DNA of 64,000 nucleotides. It comes from an uncultured SAR86 cluster bacterium. Lineage in GTDB: Bacteria; Pseudomonadota; Gammaproteobacteria; Magnimaribacterales; D2472. The notes under the pieces are model-generated. The model searched no databases, was not told the origin of the DNA, and was given only the letters and a program-made list of their open reading frames with translations. Numbering within the stretch: position 1 is the stretch's first letter; every line of letters begins with the position of its first letter. The stretch is from positions 7,365-71,364 of the forward strand of contig CACECK010000005.1 of NCBI GenBank assembly GCA_902557965.1, in the 5' to 3' direction. The position numbers were made by a program, and so were the translations under genes. Shown piece after piece: positions 48,424-57,149 of this stretch.

Positions 48424-49377
48424 ATGTATGCACTTTTTGAAAATATTGAGCCTTATGCATCAGGTTACTTAGAAGCTGGCCAGCACAAAATTTACTATGA
48501 AGAATGTGGAAATCCTGATGGCAAGCCTGCTGTTTTTCTTCATGGTGGTCCAGGTGGTGGCGGTAGTTCAAAAGTTAGAGGTTTTTTTAATCCAGAATTA
48601 TTTAGGATTATCATATTTGATCAACGTGGCTGTGGAAGAAGTAAGCCTCATGCCTGTCTAGAAAACAATACAACTTGGGATTTAGTTGATGATGTTGAGA
48701 GACTTAAAAAAAAACTAGGAATTAAAAGATGGCTTGTTTTTGGTGGTTCTTGGGGAAGTACACTTTCATTAGCTTATGCTCAAACATATCCCAATTCAGT
48801 TTCAGAATTAGTTCTAAGAGGCATCTTTATGTTGAGAGATAAAGAACTAAAGTGGTTTTACCAAGATGGAGCTAGCAGAATATTTCCAGAGGCCTGGGAG
48901 GGATTTTTAGAACCTATTAAAGAAGAGGATAGACATGATTTAATGGATGCATACTATAAAATTTTTACAGGAGATAATGATAAAAAGAAAATGGAGGCCG
49001 CAATAGCTTGGTCTAAATGGGAGGGTTCTGTAAGCACTCTCAGCCATAAACCTGATATGATTTCATCATATTCAGAATCTAAATTTGCTTTAGCATTTGC
49101 GCTTATTGAAAATCATTATTTTGTAAATAAAGGTTTTCTTGAAAATGAGAATCAACTAATCTCTCGATCTTCTGTTGATAAAATTCGTAACATACCAGCT
49201 AAGATAATACAGGGTAGATATGACATTGTTTGCCCAATGGAAACTGCGTGGGAATTATCTAAAAATTGGCCTGAAGCTGAATTAATAGTTGCGCCATCCT
49301 CTGGTCATAGTGCTTTTGAAAAAGAAATAACTCATGAACTTATTAAGGCAAATGAGGAGTTTGCTAAAAATGGATAA
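48424..49377 (+). CDS. pip: prolyl aminopeptidase (proline iminopeptidase)
   Basis: 317 aa with HGGPGGG, FDQRGCGRS, GGSWGSTL and GRYD. Confidence 0.88.
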   Translation: MYALFENIEPYASGYLEAGQHKIYYEECGNPDGKPAVFLHGGPGGGGSSKVRGFFNPELFRIIIFDQRGCGRSKPHACLENNTTWDLVDDVERLKKKLGIKRWLVFGGSWGSTLSLAYAQTYPNSVSELVLRGIFMLRDKELKWFYQDGASRIFPEAWEGFLEPIKEEDRHDLMDAYYKIFTGDNDKKKMEAAIAWSKWEGSVSTLSHKPDMISSYSESKFALAFALIENHYFVNKGFLENENQLISRSSVDKIRNIPAKIIQGRYDIVCPMETAWELSKNWPEAELIVAPSSGHSAFEKEITHELIKANEEFAKNG

Positions 49378-49864
49378 TATAAGTTTTATAGGTATGGCCG
49401 GATGTGGGAAATCTACATTAGGTAAAGCTATCTCAGAAAAGTATGGTCTAAGTTTTATTGATACAGACCATCTTATTGAAAGTGAATATAAAATGACGTT
49501 AGAGGATGTTAAAAAAGAGTTTGGATATAAATTTGTAAGATCTGCAGAAGAAAAAGCTATCCTTGGTCTTGATAGAACAACAAAAATTATATCAACAGGA
49601 GGTAGCGCAATATACTCAAGCATATCTATGCATCACCTTATGTCTTTTTCAAAAATAATCTATATAGATACTCCTCTTGATGAAATTGTTAAAAGAATTG
49701 GCATTGGTCAAAAAAGAGGTCTTGCTGTGCCTGATGGCATATCAGTTTCAGATGTTTACCTAGAGAGGAAGCCGCTTTATGAAAAGTTTTCTCAATTAAC
49801 TGTAGATGGATCAAAATCAATTGAACAACTTGTCTCTGAAGTAAACATATATACAAGTAAATAA
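49370..49864 (+). CDS. aroK: shikimate kinase family protein
   Basis: ISFIGMAGCGKSTLGKAIS, FIDTDHLIE and STGGSAIY. The ATG at 49370 is preceded by GAGGAG, with 10 nt between it and the ATG. 8-nt overlap with pip. Confidence 0.65.
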   Translation: MDNISFIGMAGCGKSTLGKAISEKYGLSFIDTDHLIESEYKMTLEDVKKEFGYKFVRSAEEKAILGLDRTTKIISTGGSAIYSSISMHHLMSFSKIIYIDTPLDEIVKRIGIGQKRGLAVPDGISVSDVYLERKPLYEKFSQLTVDGSKSIEQLVSEVNIYTSK

Positions 49865-49866
49865 AA

Positions 49867-50511
49867 ATGCAACTAATAGCGGGATCAACTGGCTTTTTGG
49901 GAAACGAGATTCTAAGAGCAGTAGGTGTTCAAGACGTCTACACTATTGCCCTTGGGAGAAGATCCATACCAAACTTACCTGATAATGCTAGAGAACTAAT
50001 TATTGATTTTGATGAGCTAAAAACAATTACTTTTCCTAATATAGATCATGTCTATCTTTCCCTTGGTTATCCTTTGTATTTTCAAAATGTAATGGGTTTT
50101 ATGAGCTCTACTCTCAAAGAAAATTTTTTTCAGGTAGATTTTACATACCAGTTGGAAATAGCAAAAAAGGCTAAAGATGTTGGTGCCAGAGGTATCTCAC
50201 TTATCTCAGCGGTAGGTGCTGACGCAAATTCTTGGAACTATTATCTAAAAACTAAAGGGATGCTTGAAGAAGAAATAATTAATCTGGAATTTGATAGTAC
50301 CAATATTTTTAGGCCTGGGCATCTTATGGGAAATAAAAAGAGGCTTGATATAGTTTTTGCTGATACGGTATCTCGGATTGTAGATCCTTTATTACATGGT
50401 TCTATAAAAAAATTTAGAAGCATACCGGTAGGAAAACTTTCTGAATCAGTCGTAAAGAGATCGATGGGTTGTAAAACTGGAATACACTTCTTTGATCACA
50501 AAGATTTTTAA
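49867..50511 (+). CDS. NAD(P)H-binding (NmrA/HTATIP2-like) protein
   Basis: 214 aa with an N-terminal IAGSTGFLGNEIL Rossmann motif. Confidence 0.5.
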   Translation: MQLIAGSTGFLGNEILRAVGVQDVYTIALGRRSIPNLPDNARELIIDFDELKTITFPNIDHVYLSLGYPLYFQNVMGFMSSTLKENFFQVDFTYQLEIAKKAKDVGARGISLISAVGADANSWNYYLKTKGMLEEEIINLEFDSTNIFRPGHLMGNKKRLDIVFADTVSRIVDPLLHGSIKKFRSIPVGKLSESVVKRSMGCKTGIHFFDHKDF

Positions 50512-50780
50512 AAATTCCTGACTTCCTTTTTCTTTGCTTTGATTATTTTTTTTATTCCATTACAAGCATTAAGAAGCCAAAATGCATTTGCAAAAACAAA
50601 GTAATATAAACCTAGATATAGTTGAACAATTATTGCAAAAAAACTACCAGCAATAACTGCAGATAGCCCCACCATTCTTTTTTTTGCTTTCTTTGAGACA
50701 ACAAGAGGCGCGGCTACTAATGTACCAAAAAAAACACTCAAAATTTGGATTATTTCTAACATACCCATACTAATAAACAT
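50508..50780 (-). CDS. small 3-TM membrane protein (SemiSWEET/PQ-loop-like topology is only a guess)
   Basis: 90 aa with three hydrophobic segments separated by basic loops (SKKAKKR) and a K-rich tail. No confident family match from memory. Confidence 0.35.
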   Translation of the reverse strand: MFISMGMLEIIQILSVFFGTLVAAPLVVSKKAKKRMVGLSAVIAGSFFAIIVQLYLGLYYFVFANAFWLLNACNGIKKIIKAKKKEVRNF

Positions 50781-50906
50781 TCAGAATTATGTTCATTAGT
50801 ATGAATATCGGCGCATTATGAATACTTAAATATAAAAGTAAAGTTTTTTTTACACTTTCTCAAAAAAGATGTAATCTTAGGTATCGGTTAAAATTTTGAG
50901 AAAAAA

Positions 50907-51215
50907 ATGAATAAAATATTGATCATGCCAATGATGTTTTTTTCAGTAATGATGGTTGCTGATGATCACAATAAATCTGATAAAAATACTAAAGAAAGAA
51001 TGCAAAATCATCCAAATCATCTTCTTAGCTATAAAGAATGTAAGGAAACTAAAGATGGTATTGAAGGTCTGCTCTCAGCAGCTGATTTTGTCTGGAAAGA
51101 GATAGAGATGAATCCAGAGAATGAAAAAAAAATGGGCAGAGGCAGCAGTGCTTGCAGATTTAGCAGCAAATTATTCAACAGTTTACGATGTTTGGTGCAA
51201 AGACATGATAAATAA
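50907..51215 (+). CDS. hypothetical small secreted protein; its reading frame probably continues in the +1 frame after an A9 tract
   Basis: Has a signal-like N-terminus MNKILIMPMMFFSVMMVA. After the A9 run (51124-51132) the frame-0 product becomes atypical (MGRGSSACRFSSKLFNSLRCLVQRHDK). Confidence 0.35.
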   Translation: MNKILIMPMMFFSVMMVADDHNKSDKNTKERMQNHPNHLLSYKECKETKDGIEGLLSAADFVWKEIEMNPENEKKMGRGSSACRFSSKLFNSLRCLVQRHDK

Positions 51216-51273
51216 ACGAATGATGATGAGAATGAAAGCTAGCAAGAAGAAAAAGAAAGAAAAAGATAATTAA
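51121..51273 (+). CDS. alternative-frame 50-codon ORF (separate small protein or the true C-terminus of the preceding ORF)
   Basis: ATG AAA AAA AAA TGG... encodes MKKKWAEAAVLADLAANYSTVYDVWCKDMINKRMMMRMKASKKKKKEKDN. Its TAA forms a TTAA stop-stop overlap with the convergent gene. Confidence 0.3.
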   Translation: MKKKWAEAAVLADLAANYSTVYDVWCKDMINKRMMMRMKASKKKKKEKDN

Positions 51274-51494
51274 AATTTACCTCGTTGAAATCTCATTCTT
51301 ATTGCATACACTCTTAGTAGAGCTACCACAGTGATTATCATCTGAATAAATATTGAAATCTTTATTGGGTCTGACCACTGCCAATTATCTATAGTTAACC
51401 AAAGCAGATATGTCTGCAAAGGAAAGTTAATAACAGCTCCCATGAGTACTACAATTACTGATTCTCTTAAAGCAACCTTCTCAGTTTTATTCAT
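51270..51494 (-). CDS. hypothetical 2-TM membrane protein
   Basis: 74 aa with two hydrophobic helices. Starts 2 nt downstream of the ybjQ-like gene. Confidence 0.4.
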   Translation of the reverse strand: MNKTEKVALRESVIVVLMGAVINFPLQTYLLWLTIDNWQWSDPIKISIFIQMIITVVALLRVYAIRMRFQRGKF

Positions 51495-51496
51495 AT

Positions 51497-51829
51497 TTAT
51501 TCCTTATTAATTTTTACGCCTGTTCCATAGGCTAGAATTTCAGCAGCTCCATTCGCAACAGTTGATGTTTGATATCTAAATCCTAAAACAGCGTCAGCAC
51601 CTTTAGATTGTGCATCTTCAACCATTCGCTCATATGCCTGTTCTCTTGTTGATGTTAGTAGTTTGGTATAACCAACTAACTCTCCACCAACTAAATTTTT
51701 TAAATTGGCAAATATATCAGAGCCAAAATTTCTTGCTCTAACAGTACTGCCTTGAACAATTCCTAAGTGCTCAATAACTTCTGTATTTTTTATATCGTAG
51801 GTTGTTAATACAAGCAATTTTTCATTCAT
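51497..51829 (-). CDS. YbjQ (UPF0145) family protein
   Basis: 110 aa. TTYDIKN...GIVQGSTVRARNFGSDIFANLKNLVGGE...Y..LL...R..A..RM...A...GADAVLG.RY is typical of the YbjQ family. Confidence 0.8.
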   Translation of the reverse strand: MNEKLLVLTTYDIKNTEVIEHLGIVQGSTVRARNFGSDIFANLKNLVGGELVGYTKLLTSTREQAYERMVEDAQSKGADAVLGFRYQTSTVANGAAEILAYGTGVKINKE

Positions 51830-51865
51830 GACATTTTTCCTTTAATAGTTTAATGTATAAATATA

Positions 51866-52198
51866 ATGCAAGAGCTCATAGAAGCAAAGTTTTCAATTGG
51901 AGATGTTGTCAAACATAAATTCTTAAACTTTAAAGGCGTTATCTTTGACTTGGATCCAACCTTTAATAACACTGAAGAGTGGTATAATGCAATTCCTAAA
52001 GACTTCAGACCTAGAAAAGATCAACCTTTTTATCATCTCTTTGCCGAGAACGAAGAAATTTTTTATATTGCCTATGTTTCTGAGCAAAATTTAAACATTG
52101 ATAATTCTGGAATACCAGCAAATCATCCTGATATTATGAAAATCTTTTCGCACTTTAATGGAGTGTCGTATGTTCCACATGAAAAGACTAAAAATTAA
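51866..52198 (+). CDS. hspQ: heat-shock protein HspQ (hemimethylated-DNA-binding YccV family)
   Basis: 110 aa with KFSIGDVVKHKFLNFKGVIFDLDP and PFYHLFAENE. Confidence 0.8.
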   Translation: MQELIEAKFSIGDVVKHKFLNFKGVIFDLDPTFNNTEEWYNAIPKDFRPRKDQPFYHLFAENEEIFYIAYVSEQNLNIDNSGIPANHPDIMKIFSHFNGVSYVPHEKTKN

Positions 52199-53418
52199 AC
52201 TTCAAGATTGTGGTGAGCAATTTCTACAGCGACCGTAAACACTTCCATTGCATCTGCTAAATCATCTTTTGAAACATAAGTAGGAGCAAGTCTAATAACA
52301 CTGTTTTTAGGGTCATTATTATGCGGAAATGTTGAACCAGCAGGAGTGATTAAAACCCCTAATCTTTTACAAAGTTCTACTACTTTTGTGGCAATTGCCT
52401 TATTGGTGCAATATGTAATGAAATATCCGCCTGTTGGTCTTGAAAAATTCCCACACTCATCAGGAAGTTTCTCAAGGTAAGAGTAAGCTATCTCAAATTT
52501 AGGCCTTATTAATTCTGCATGTTTTTGCATGTGAGCTTTAACCGAATCCGCATCTTTAAAGAACTCAACATGTCTTTTTTGATTTAATTTGTCAGGACAA
52601 ATAATCATAGTAGTTCTTACTTTTTTTATTAAATCTAAAGATCCTCCTGAAGAGGCATAAAATGAAATACCCCCTCCTCCAAATGTTACTTTTGAAAAAG
52701 AAGTCGTAACCACTGTTTGGTCTTCTACTCCTGCTTCAACCGCTAATTCCCATAATGGTCTTTGTTCTTTTGAAGGCAAGAAATCATGTATTAGGTATGC
52801 ATGATCAAATAGGAATAGAAATTTATCTGAAAACTGAGATCCAATTCTAAATAATTCTAATAAGTTCTCATCAGAATATATTTCGCCAGATGGGTTTGAA
52901 TGTCTTGGCACGCAAAGCATACCAACGATATCTTCTTTGCTTTTCAGTATGTTGCTAAACTCTTCTAGATCGATCCCATCGTCATGCAAAGGGACTGGGA
53001 TGGCTTCAATTCCAAAATCATCTAACATCATAAAATGTCTATCAAAACCAGGAACGGGGCAAATAAACTTTGGATTCTTTATGTCTTTCCAAGGCTTTGA
53101 CTCAGCAAATAGAAAGTTTGCTAATACAGTTTGATATGTGAGTAGTAAGCTTGAATGCTCAAATGCAAGAACATTATCTATAGGTGCGTTTAAAAGTTCA
53201 GAGCCAAGTTTTCTTGCCTCTAGAATGCCGAAAGTTTCTCCATAATTTCTAAGATCAGCTCCATCCTCAGATTCATTAGGAATTGAAATATCTATCAATG
53301 CATTTGATAGATCTAATTGATCTGAATCTGGCTTGCCCCTTGTGATGTCAATAGATAACTGCTTTTCTTTTAAAGAGTTAAACCTTGTTATAATTTCTTG
53401 ATGCATAATATTAGTCAC
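52195..53418 (-). CDS. class I/II PLP-dependent aminotransferase
   Basis: 407 aa with TRGKPDSDQLDLS near the N-terminus, the SFSKV lysine motif and the fold-type I length. Confidence 0.7.
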   Translation of the reverse strand: MTNIMHQEIITRFNSLKEKQLSIDITRGKPDSDQLDLSNALIDISIPNESEDGADLRNYGETFGILEARKLGSELLNAPIDNVLAFEHSSLLLTYQTVLANFLFAESKPWKDIKNPKFICPVPGFDRHFMMLDDFGIEAIPVPLHDDGIDLEEFSNILKSKEDIVGMLCVPRHSNPSGEIYSDENLLELFRIGSQFSDKFLFLFDHAYLIHDFLPSKEQRPLWELAVEAGVEDQTVVTTSFSKVTFGGGGISFYASSGGSLDLIKKVRTTMIICPDKLNQKRHVEFFKDADSVKAHMQKHAELIRPKFEIAYSYLEKLPDECGNFSRPTGGYFITYCTNKAIATKVVELCKRLGVLITPAGSTFPHNNDPKNSVIRLAPTYVSKDDLADAMEVFTVAVEIAHHNLEV

Positions 53419-53434
53419 ATTTTATACTAACATC

Positions 53435-54322
53435 ATGATCAATTACTTAATATTTATATCATTGGTTCTTATTCTAGGTATTTTAATTTATCTATTATTT
53501 AATATTAAAAATGGTGAATCTATAAATAAAGGGGGAAATGAGAATATTCAAAGTAAACTAATTGAGGTTTCAAATGATATTAATAAAATTGAGCTTGATT
53601 TAGCATCAGTGACTACTCCACTCAATGAGCTTAATAGATTCCTAGGTGGGAATGTAACAACTGGTAGATTAGGGGAATGGAATCTTGAGTCTATAGTAAG
53701 AGATATAATGCCTAACAATAGCTTTGATCTGCAACATCAAATAAATCCAGAATCAAGAGATTTAGTTGATTGTGCGGTCACGACTGCTGAAGGAATCATT
53801 GTTCCCATAGATTCAAAATTCTATGCAGGGCAGTATCAAAACTATCAAGATGCTAAAACCAGCACTGAAAGAAAAAAAATACTAGGGAATCTTCGAACAG
53901 AAGTACTTAGTGATGCCACAGACATCTCAAGCAAATATCTTTTGAGGAACATAACTTCAAATTACGTTATCTTATATATACCATCTGAAAAGTTGATAGA
54001 TTTAATAAATCAAATAGAAGGCCTTAGGGAAGAAAGTTTTACTGAAAAAAACACGCTTATTATGGGCCCAAATACACTTGCTGCTTTTCTAGATATGGTA
54101 AGAACAGGTCATCATTATTTAAAACTAAATGAAACTGCGAGCAAGGTCGCGTCTGTTGTAAGAGGAATTCAAAAAGAATTCTCTAATTTTGATGCAAATA
54201 CAAACTCAGTTCTTAAAAGATTAGATGGAGCAGTTAAAGACGTTCAAAGCCTCCAAACAAGAATAAACGTATTGGGAAACAAATTGGAGAAAGGTGCTGA
54301 AAGTCTGGAAGATGAAAGCTAA
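53435..54322 (+). CDS. rmuC: DNA recombination protein RmuC (short form)
   Basis: 295 aa with an N-terminal TM helix and the RmuC core (VDCAVT..IVPIDSKF, YVILYIPSEKL, IMGPNTLAAFL). The coiled-coil region is shorter than in E. coli RmuC. Confidence 0.7.
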   Translation: MINYLIFISLVLILGILIYLLFNIKNGESINKGGNENIQSKLIEVSNDINKIELDLASVTTPLNELNRFLGGNVTTGRLGEWNLESIVRDIMPNNSFDLQHQINPESRDLVDCAVTTAEGIIVPIDSKFYAGQYQNYQDAKTSTERKKILGNLRTEVLSDATDISSKYLLRNITSNYVILYIPSEKLIDLINQIEGLREESFTEKNTLIMGPNTLAAFLDMVRTGHHYLKLNETASKVASVVRGIQKEFSNFDANTNSVLKRLDGAVKDVQSLQTRINVLGNKLEKGAESLEDES

Positions 54323-55872
54323 TGCAAAACCTAAGAATCTGGAAATATCTTTCATTGCCATGGATGGTTATAGCGCTCTTTTTCTTTATTTCGTTTATTT
54401 TTTTAGCTTTTTTTAAGGGGGCACAGATCGAGTACTTAACAAATGATTATTTGTTAGGTCTTTTTAAAAATACTTTTATTTTGTCTTTCCTAACAGCATT
54501 TATTTCTGCTTTAATTGCAGTGCCTCTTGCAATACTTGTAACTTTTTATGACTTCCCAGGCAAAAAATTCTTTAGTTGGGGTTTAAGTCTATCTATTGCA
54601 TTTCCAGCATATGTTTATGCTTTTATATATGTGGGTATATTTGAGTACTCCAGCCCAATTTCTGCATATTTAAGAGATTTTGATATTACACTTCCATCAA
54701 TTAAAAATTTGTTTGGTGCATCAATTATCTTATCAATGGCACTATTCCCATATATTTATTTACTTTTAAGAGTAAAGCTTGCTTCGGTAGGTTTAGATTT
54801 ATTTAGAGCTGCAAAATCTCTAGGAAATAATAATACCGCTTCAATATTTAAAGTAATTATTCCATCACTATTTCCGGTTATTGTTGCAGGTATGACTTTG
54901 GTAGTTTTTGAAACAATTGCAGATTTTGGTGGTGTTTCAACCTTAAGAATAGAAACATTTACAGTGGGTATTTATAATGCCTGGTTTGGTTATCAAAGCT
55001 ATTTTTCTGCTGCAAGATTGGCAGGCTATCTTTTAGTATTTGTCTTTATTATTATTTTTATAGCTAGGTTTTATGAAGGTAAGCAGAATACTCTTGCTCA
55101 AAAAACTTCTGAAGTATTCGAAGGAATAAAACTTGTTCCATATAAAAGTTTTCTAGCAACTTTGTATTGCTCTACTATATTTACAATTGTTTTTTTGATA
55201 CCTCTTGGTCAGTTGCTAATTTGGAGTTATGCAGAAAACAATTTTTTGAGTATTGAAAATATATATCTAGTCTTTAATTCTTTGGCATTGGGAGTTATTG
55301 TTTCCATGATCACTGTGTTTTTTGGAATTGCTCTTGCGCTAGCCTACAGAAATGATAAAAAATTACGTCTAATAATTTCAGTCTCTACATCAGGATATGC
55401 GATTCCAGGTTCTGTAATTTCGGCAGGACTTTTGGTGTCTATTGGATACTTCTTTGGAGTTTCTATTACGTCTTTTGGAATAGTTGGGCTAGTGCTTTGC
55501 TTGTCATTAAGATTTATGACACCTGCCTATAATTATCTTTCAGCATCACTTGTGAATATCAAGGATTCATCTGAAAAAGCTCTTTCAACATATTCCAAAG
55601 ATTCTATGAGAGCATTTAGATATTTTTACTTACCACATATGAAATCAGCAACCTATCTTGGTTTGATGATTGTCTTTATCGAATCAGTCAAAGAACAGCC
55701 GGCAACTTTACTATTAAGACCAGTAGGCTTTGATACCTTATCAACAAAAATCTATAACTTTACCAGTGAAGGTCAATGGATTATGGCTTCAAATCCTAGT
55801 CTAATGCTAATTTTTCTCAGTTTAATATTCGTGTATATGATTAATAAAAACATTAACGAAAATAAATCATAA
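54322..55872 (+). CDS. two-domain ABC transporter permease (FbpB/HitB-like)
   Basis: 516 aa with about 12 TM segments in two repeats, each with a binding-protein-dependent permease loop (AAKSLG.., ALSTYS..). No adjacent ATPase or binding-protein gene. Confidence 0.65.
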   Translation: MQNLRIWKYLSLPWMVIALFFFISFIFLAFFKGAQIEYLTNDYLLGLFKNTFILSFLTAFISALIAVPLAILVTFYDFPGKKFFSWGLSLSIAFPAYVYAFIYVGIFEYSSPISAYLRDFDITLPSIKNLFGASIILSMALFPYIYLLLRVKLASVGLDLFRAAKSLGNNNTASIFKVIIPSLFPVIVAGMTLVVFETIADFGGVSTLRIETFTVGIYNAWFGYQSYFSAARLAGYLLVFVFIIIFIARFYEGKQNTLAQKTSEVFEGIKLVPYKSFLATLYCSTIFTIVFLIPLGQLLIWSYAENNFLSIENIYLVFNSLALGVIVSMITVFFGIALALAYRNDKKLRLIISVSTSGYAIPGSVISAGLLVSIGYFFGVSITSFGIVGLVLCLSLRFMTPAYNYLSASLVNIKDSSEKALSTYSKDSMRAFRYFYLPHMKSATYLGLMIVFIESVKEQPATLLLRPVGFDTLSTKIYNFTSEGQWIMASNPSLMLIFLSLIFVYMINKNINENKS

Positions 55873-55879
55873 CAATTAA

Positions 55880-56365
55880 ATGAAAGAAAAAGGCTACAGA
55901 CTAAATGTGGGATTGGTTATTGCAGATAAGCAAGGAAGAGTTCTCTTATGTAAGAGAAAGGGAATGAACAGCTGGCAATTTCCGCAAGGCGGAATAGATT
56001 TGAACGAGTCTCCTCTAAAAGCAGCAAAAAGAGAGCTTTTTGAAGAAGTGGGTATTAAGTCAAGAGATGTAAAACTAATCAAATCGCTTGAAGAATGGCT
56101 TAAATATGATGTTCCAACTAAAAGTAGAAGAAGAAATATTCTCAATAAAAATTTTAAAGGACAAAAACAAAAATGGTTTCTATTTAAATTACAAAATGAC
56201 GTGCAAGTTTCATTTGAAAATGATCCTGATAATGAATTTGATGACTTTAAATGGGTATCGTATTGGTACCCTCTAAATGTTATTGTTTCTTTTAAAGAAA
56301 AAGTCTATTTTGAAGCACTAAATCAACTAAAATATTCTTTTTGTGAAGAATTCAATAATGTTTGA
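55880..56365 (+). CDS. rppH: RNA pyrophosphohydrolase (Nudix)
   Basis: 161 aa with GYRLNVGLVI, WQFPQGGI and the Nudix box ...AAKRELFEEVGI. Confidence 0.88.
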   Translation: MKEKGYRLNVGLVIADKQGRVLLCKRKGMNSWQFPQGGIDLNESPLKAAKRELFEEVGIKSRDVKLIKSLEEWLKYDVPTKSRRRNILNKNFKGQKQKWFLFKLQNDVQVSFENDPDNEFDDFKWVSYWYPLNVIVSFKEKVYFEALNQLKYSFCEEFNNV

Positions 56366-57149
56366 TGAAATACTAATTTTTGCTGCCCTAGGAGTAATTG
56401 CTGGATTACTAGCTGGTTTATTTGGTATTGGTGGTGGCTTAGTTATTGTTCCAGTTCTAATTGGTACCTTTATTAATCTTGGTTTTAGTTTGGACATCGT
56501 TGTTCATATGGCTATAGGCTCAGCAATAGCTTGTATAATTTTTACAGGCTTATCTTCAGCAAAAGCTCACAATGATAAAAATTCTATTAATTTTGTTCAC
56601 TTTAAACCTGTCGCATTTGGAATAACCTTTGGTGCCCTAGCAGGAGCATTGTTTGCAGTTCAAATAAAAGGAGTCGTTTTAAAATTTGCCATTGCTCTAT
56701 TTATTTTTTTAATGGGTATAAAGATCCTATTTAATTTAAATTTTTTATCAGGAAAAATAAAGCACAATAATAAAAGATCATTGTTTGCAGGTTCTCTTAT
56801 AGGATTCTTTTCATCTATTTTAGGTATTGGGGGTGGTGTATTTTCGGTACCATATTTCAAATCCTCAGGTCTTAAATTAACAACGGCAATTGGTACTTCA
56901 GCAGCATGCGGTATACCGATAGCAATTTTTGGTACTATTGGTTACGTTGTGGCTGGGATTGGTTTATCTGATATGCCTAGATATAGTTTTGGTTATGTTT
57001 ATGGGCCTGCGGTTTTAGGAGTATCAATGACAAGCATATTTGCTGCAAAGTTCGGTGCTGATTTGGCTCATTATCTTTCTCAAAATACTTTAAATAAATT
57101 ATTAGCTGTTTGGTTTTTTATAGTCTCAATTTACATGTTTATATTATGA
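56358..57149 (+). CDS. TauE/SafE family sulfite/anion exporter-like membrane protein
   Basis: Polytopic protein with repeated GxGGG motifs (LFGIGGGLVIVP, ILGIGGGVFSVP). Start trimmed to the ATG at 56358. Confidence 0.78.
   Translation: MFDEILIFAALGVIAGLLAGLFGIGGGLVIVPVLIGTFINLGFSLDIVVHMAIGSAIACIIFTGLSSAKAHNDKNSINFVHFKPVAFGITFGALAGALFAVQIKGVVLKFAIALFIFLMGIKILFNLNFLSGKIKHNNKRSLFAGSLIGFFSSILGIGGGVFSVPYFKSSGLKLTTAIGTSAACGIPIAIFGTIGYVVAGIGLSDMPRYSFGYVYGPAVLGVSMTSIFAAKFGADLAHYLSQNTLNKLLAVWFFIVSIYMFIL

Noticed and set aside
50789-50808. The imperfect palindrome ATGTTCAT-TAGT-ATGAATAT, in the spacer upstream of the small secreted-protein ORF, considered as a Fur/Zur-type box.
   Set aside because: It has only a 7/8 arm match in a very AT-rich spacer and resembles the Fur (GATAATGATAATCATTATC) and Zur consensus sequences poorly. 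This could easily be chance.
46251-51500. A possible genomic island integrated at the 3' end of tRNA-Phe. The region downstream holds miscellaneous enzymes and small hypothetical proteins.
   Set aside because: There is no integrase, recombinase, transposase or phage gene. I noticed no direct repeat of the tRNA 3' end. Composition and gene packing look the same as in the flanks.
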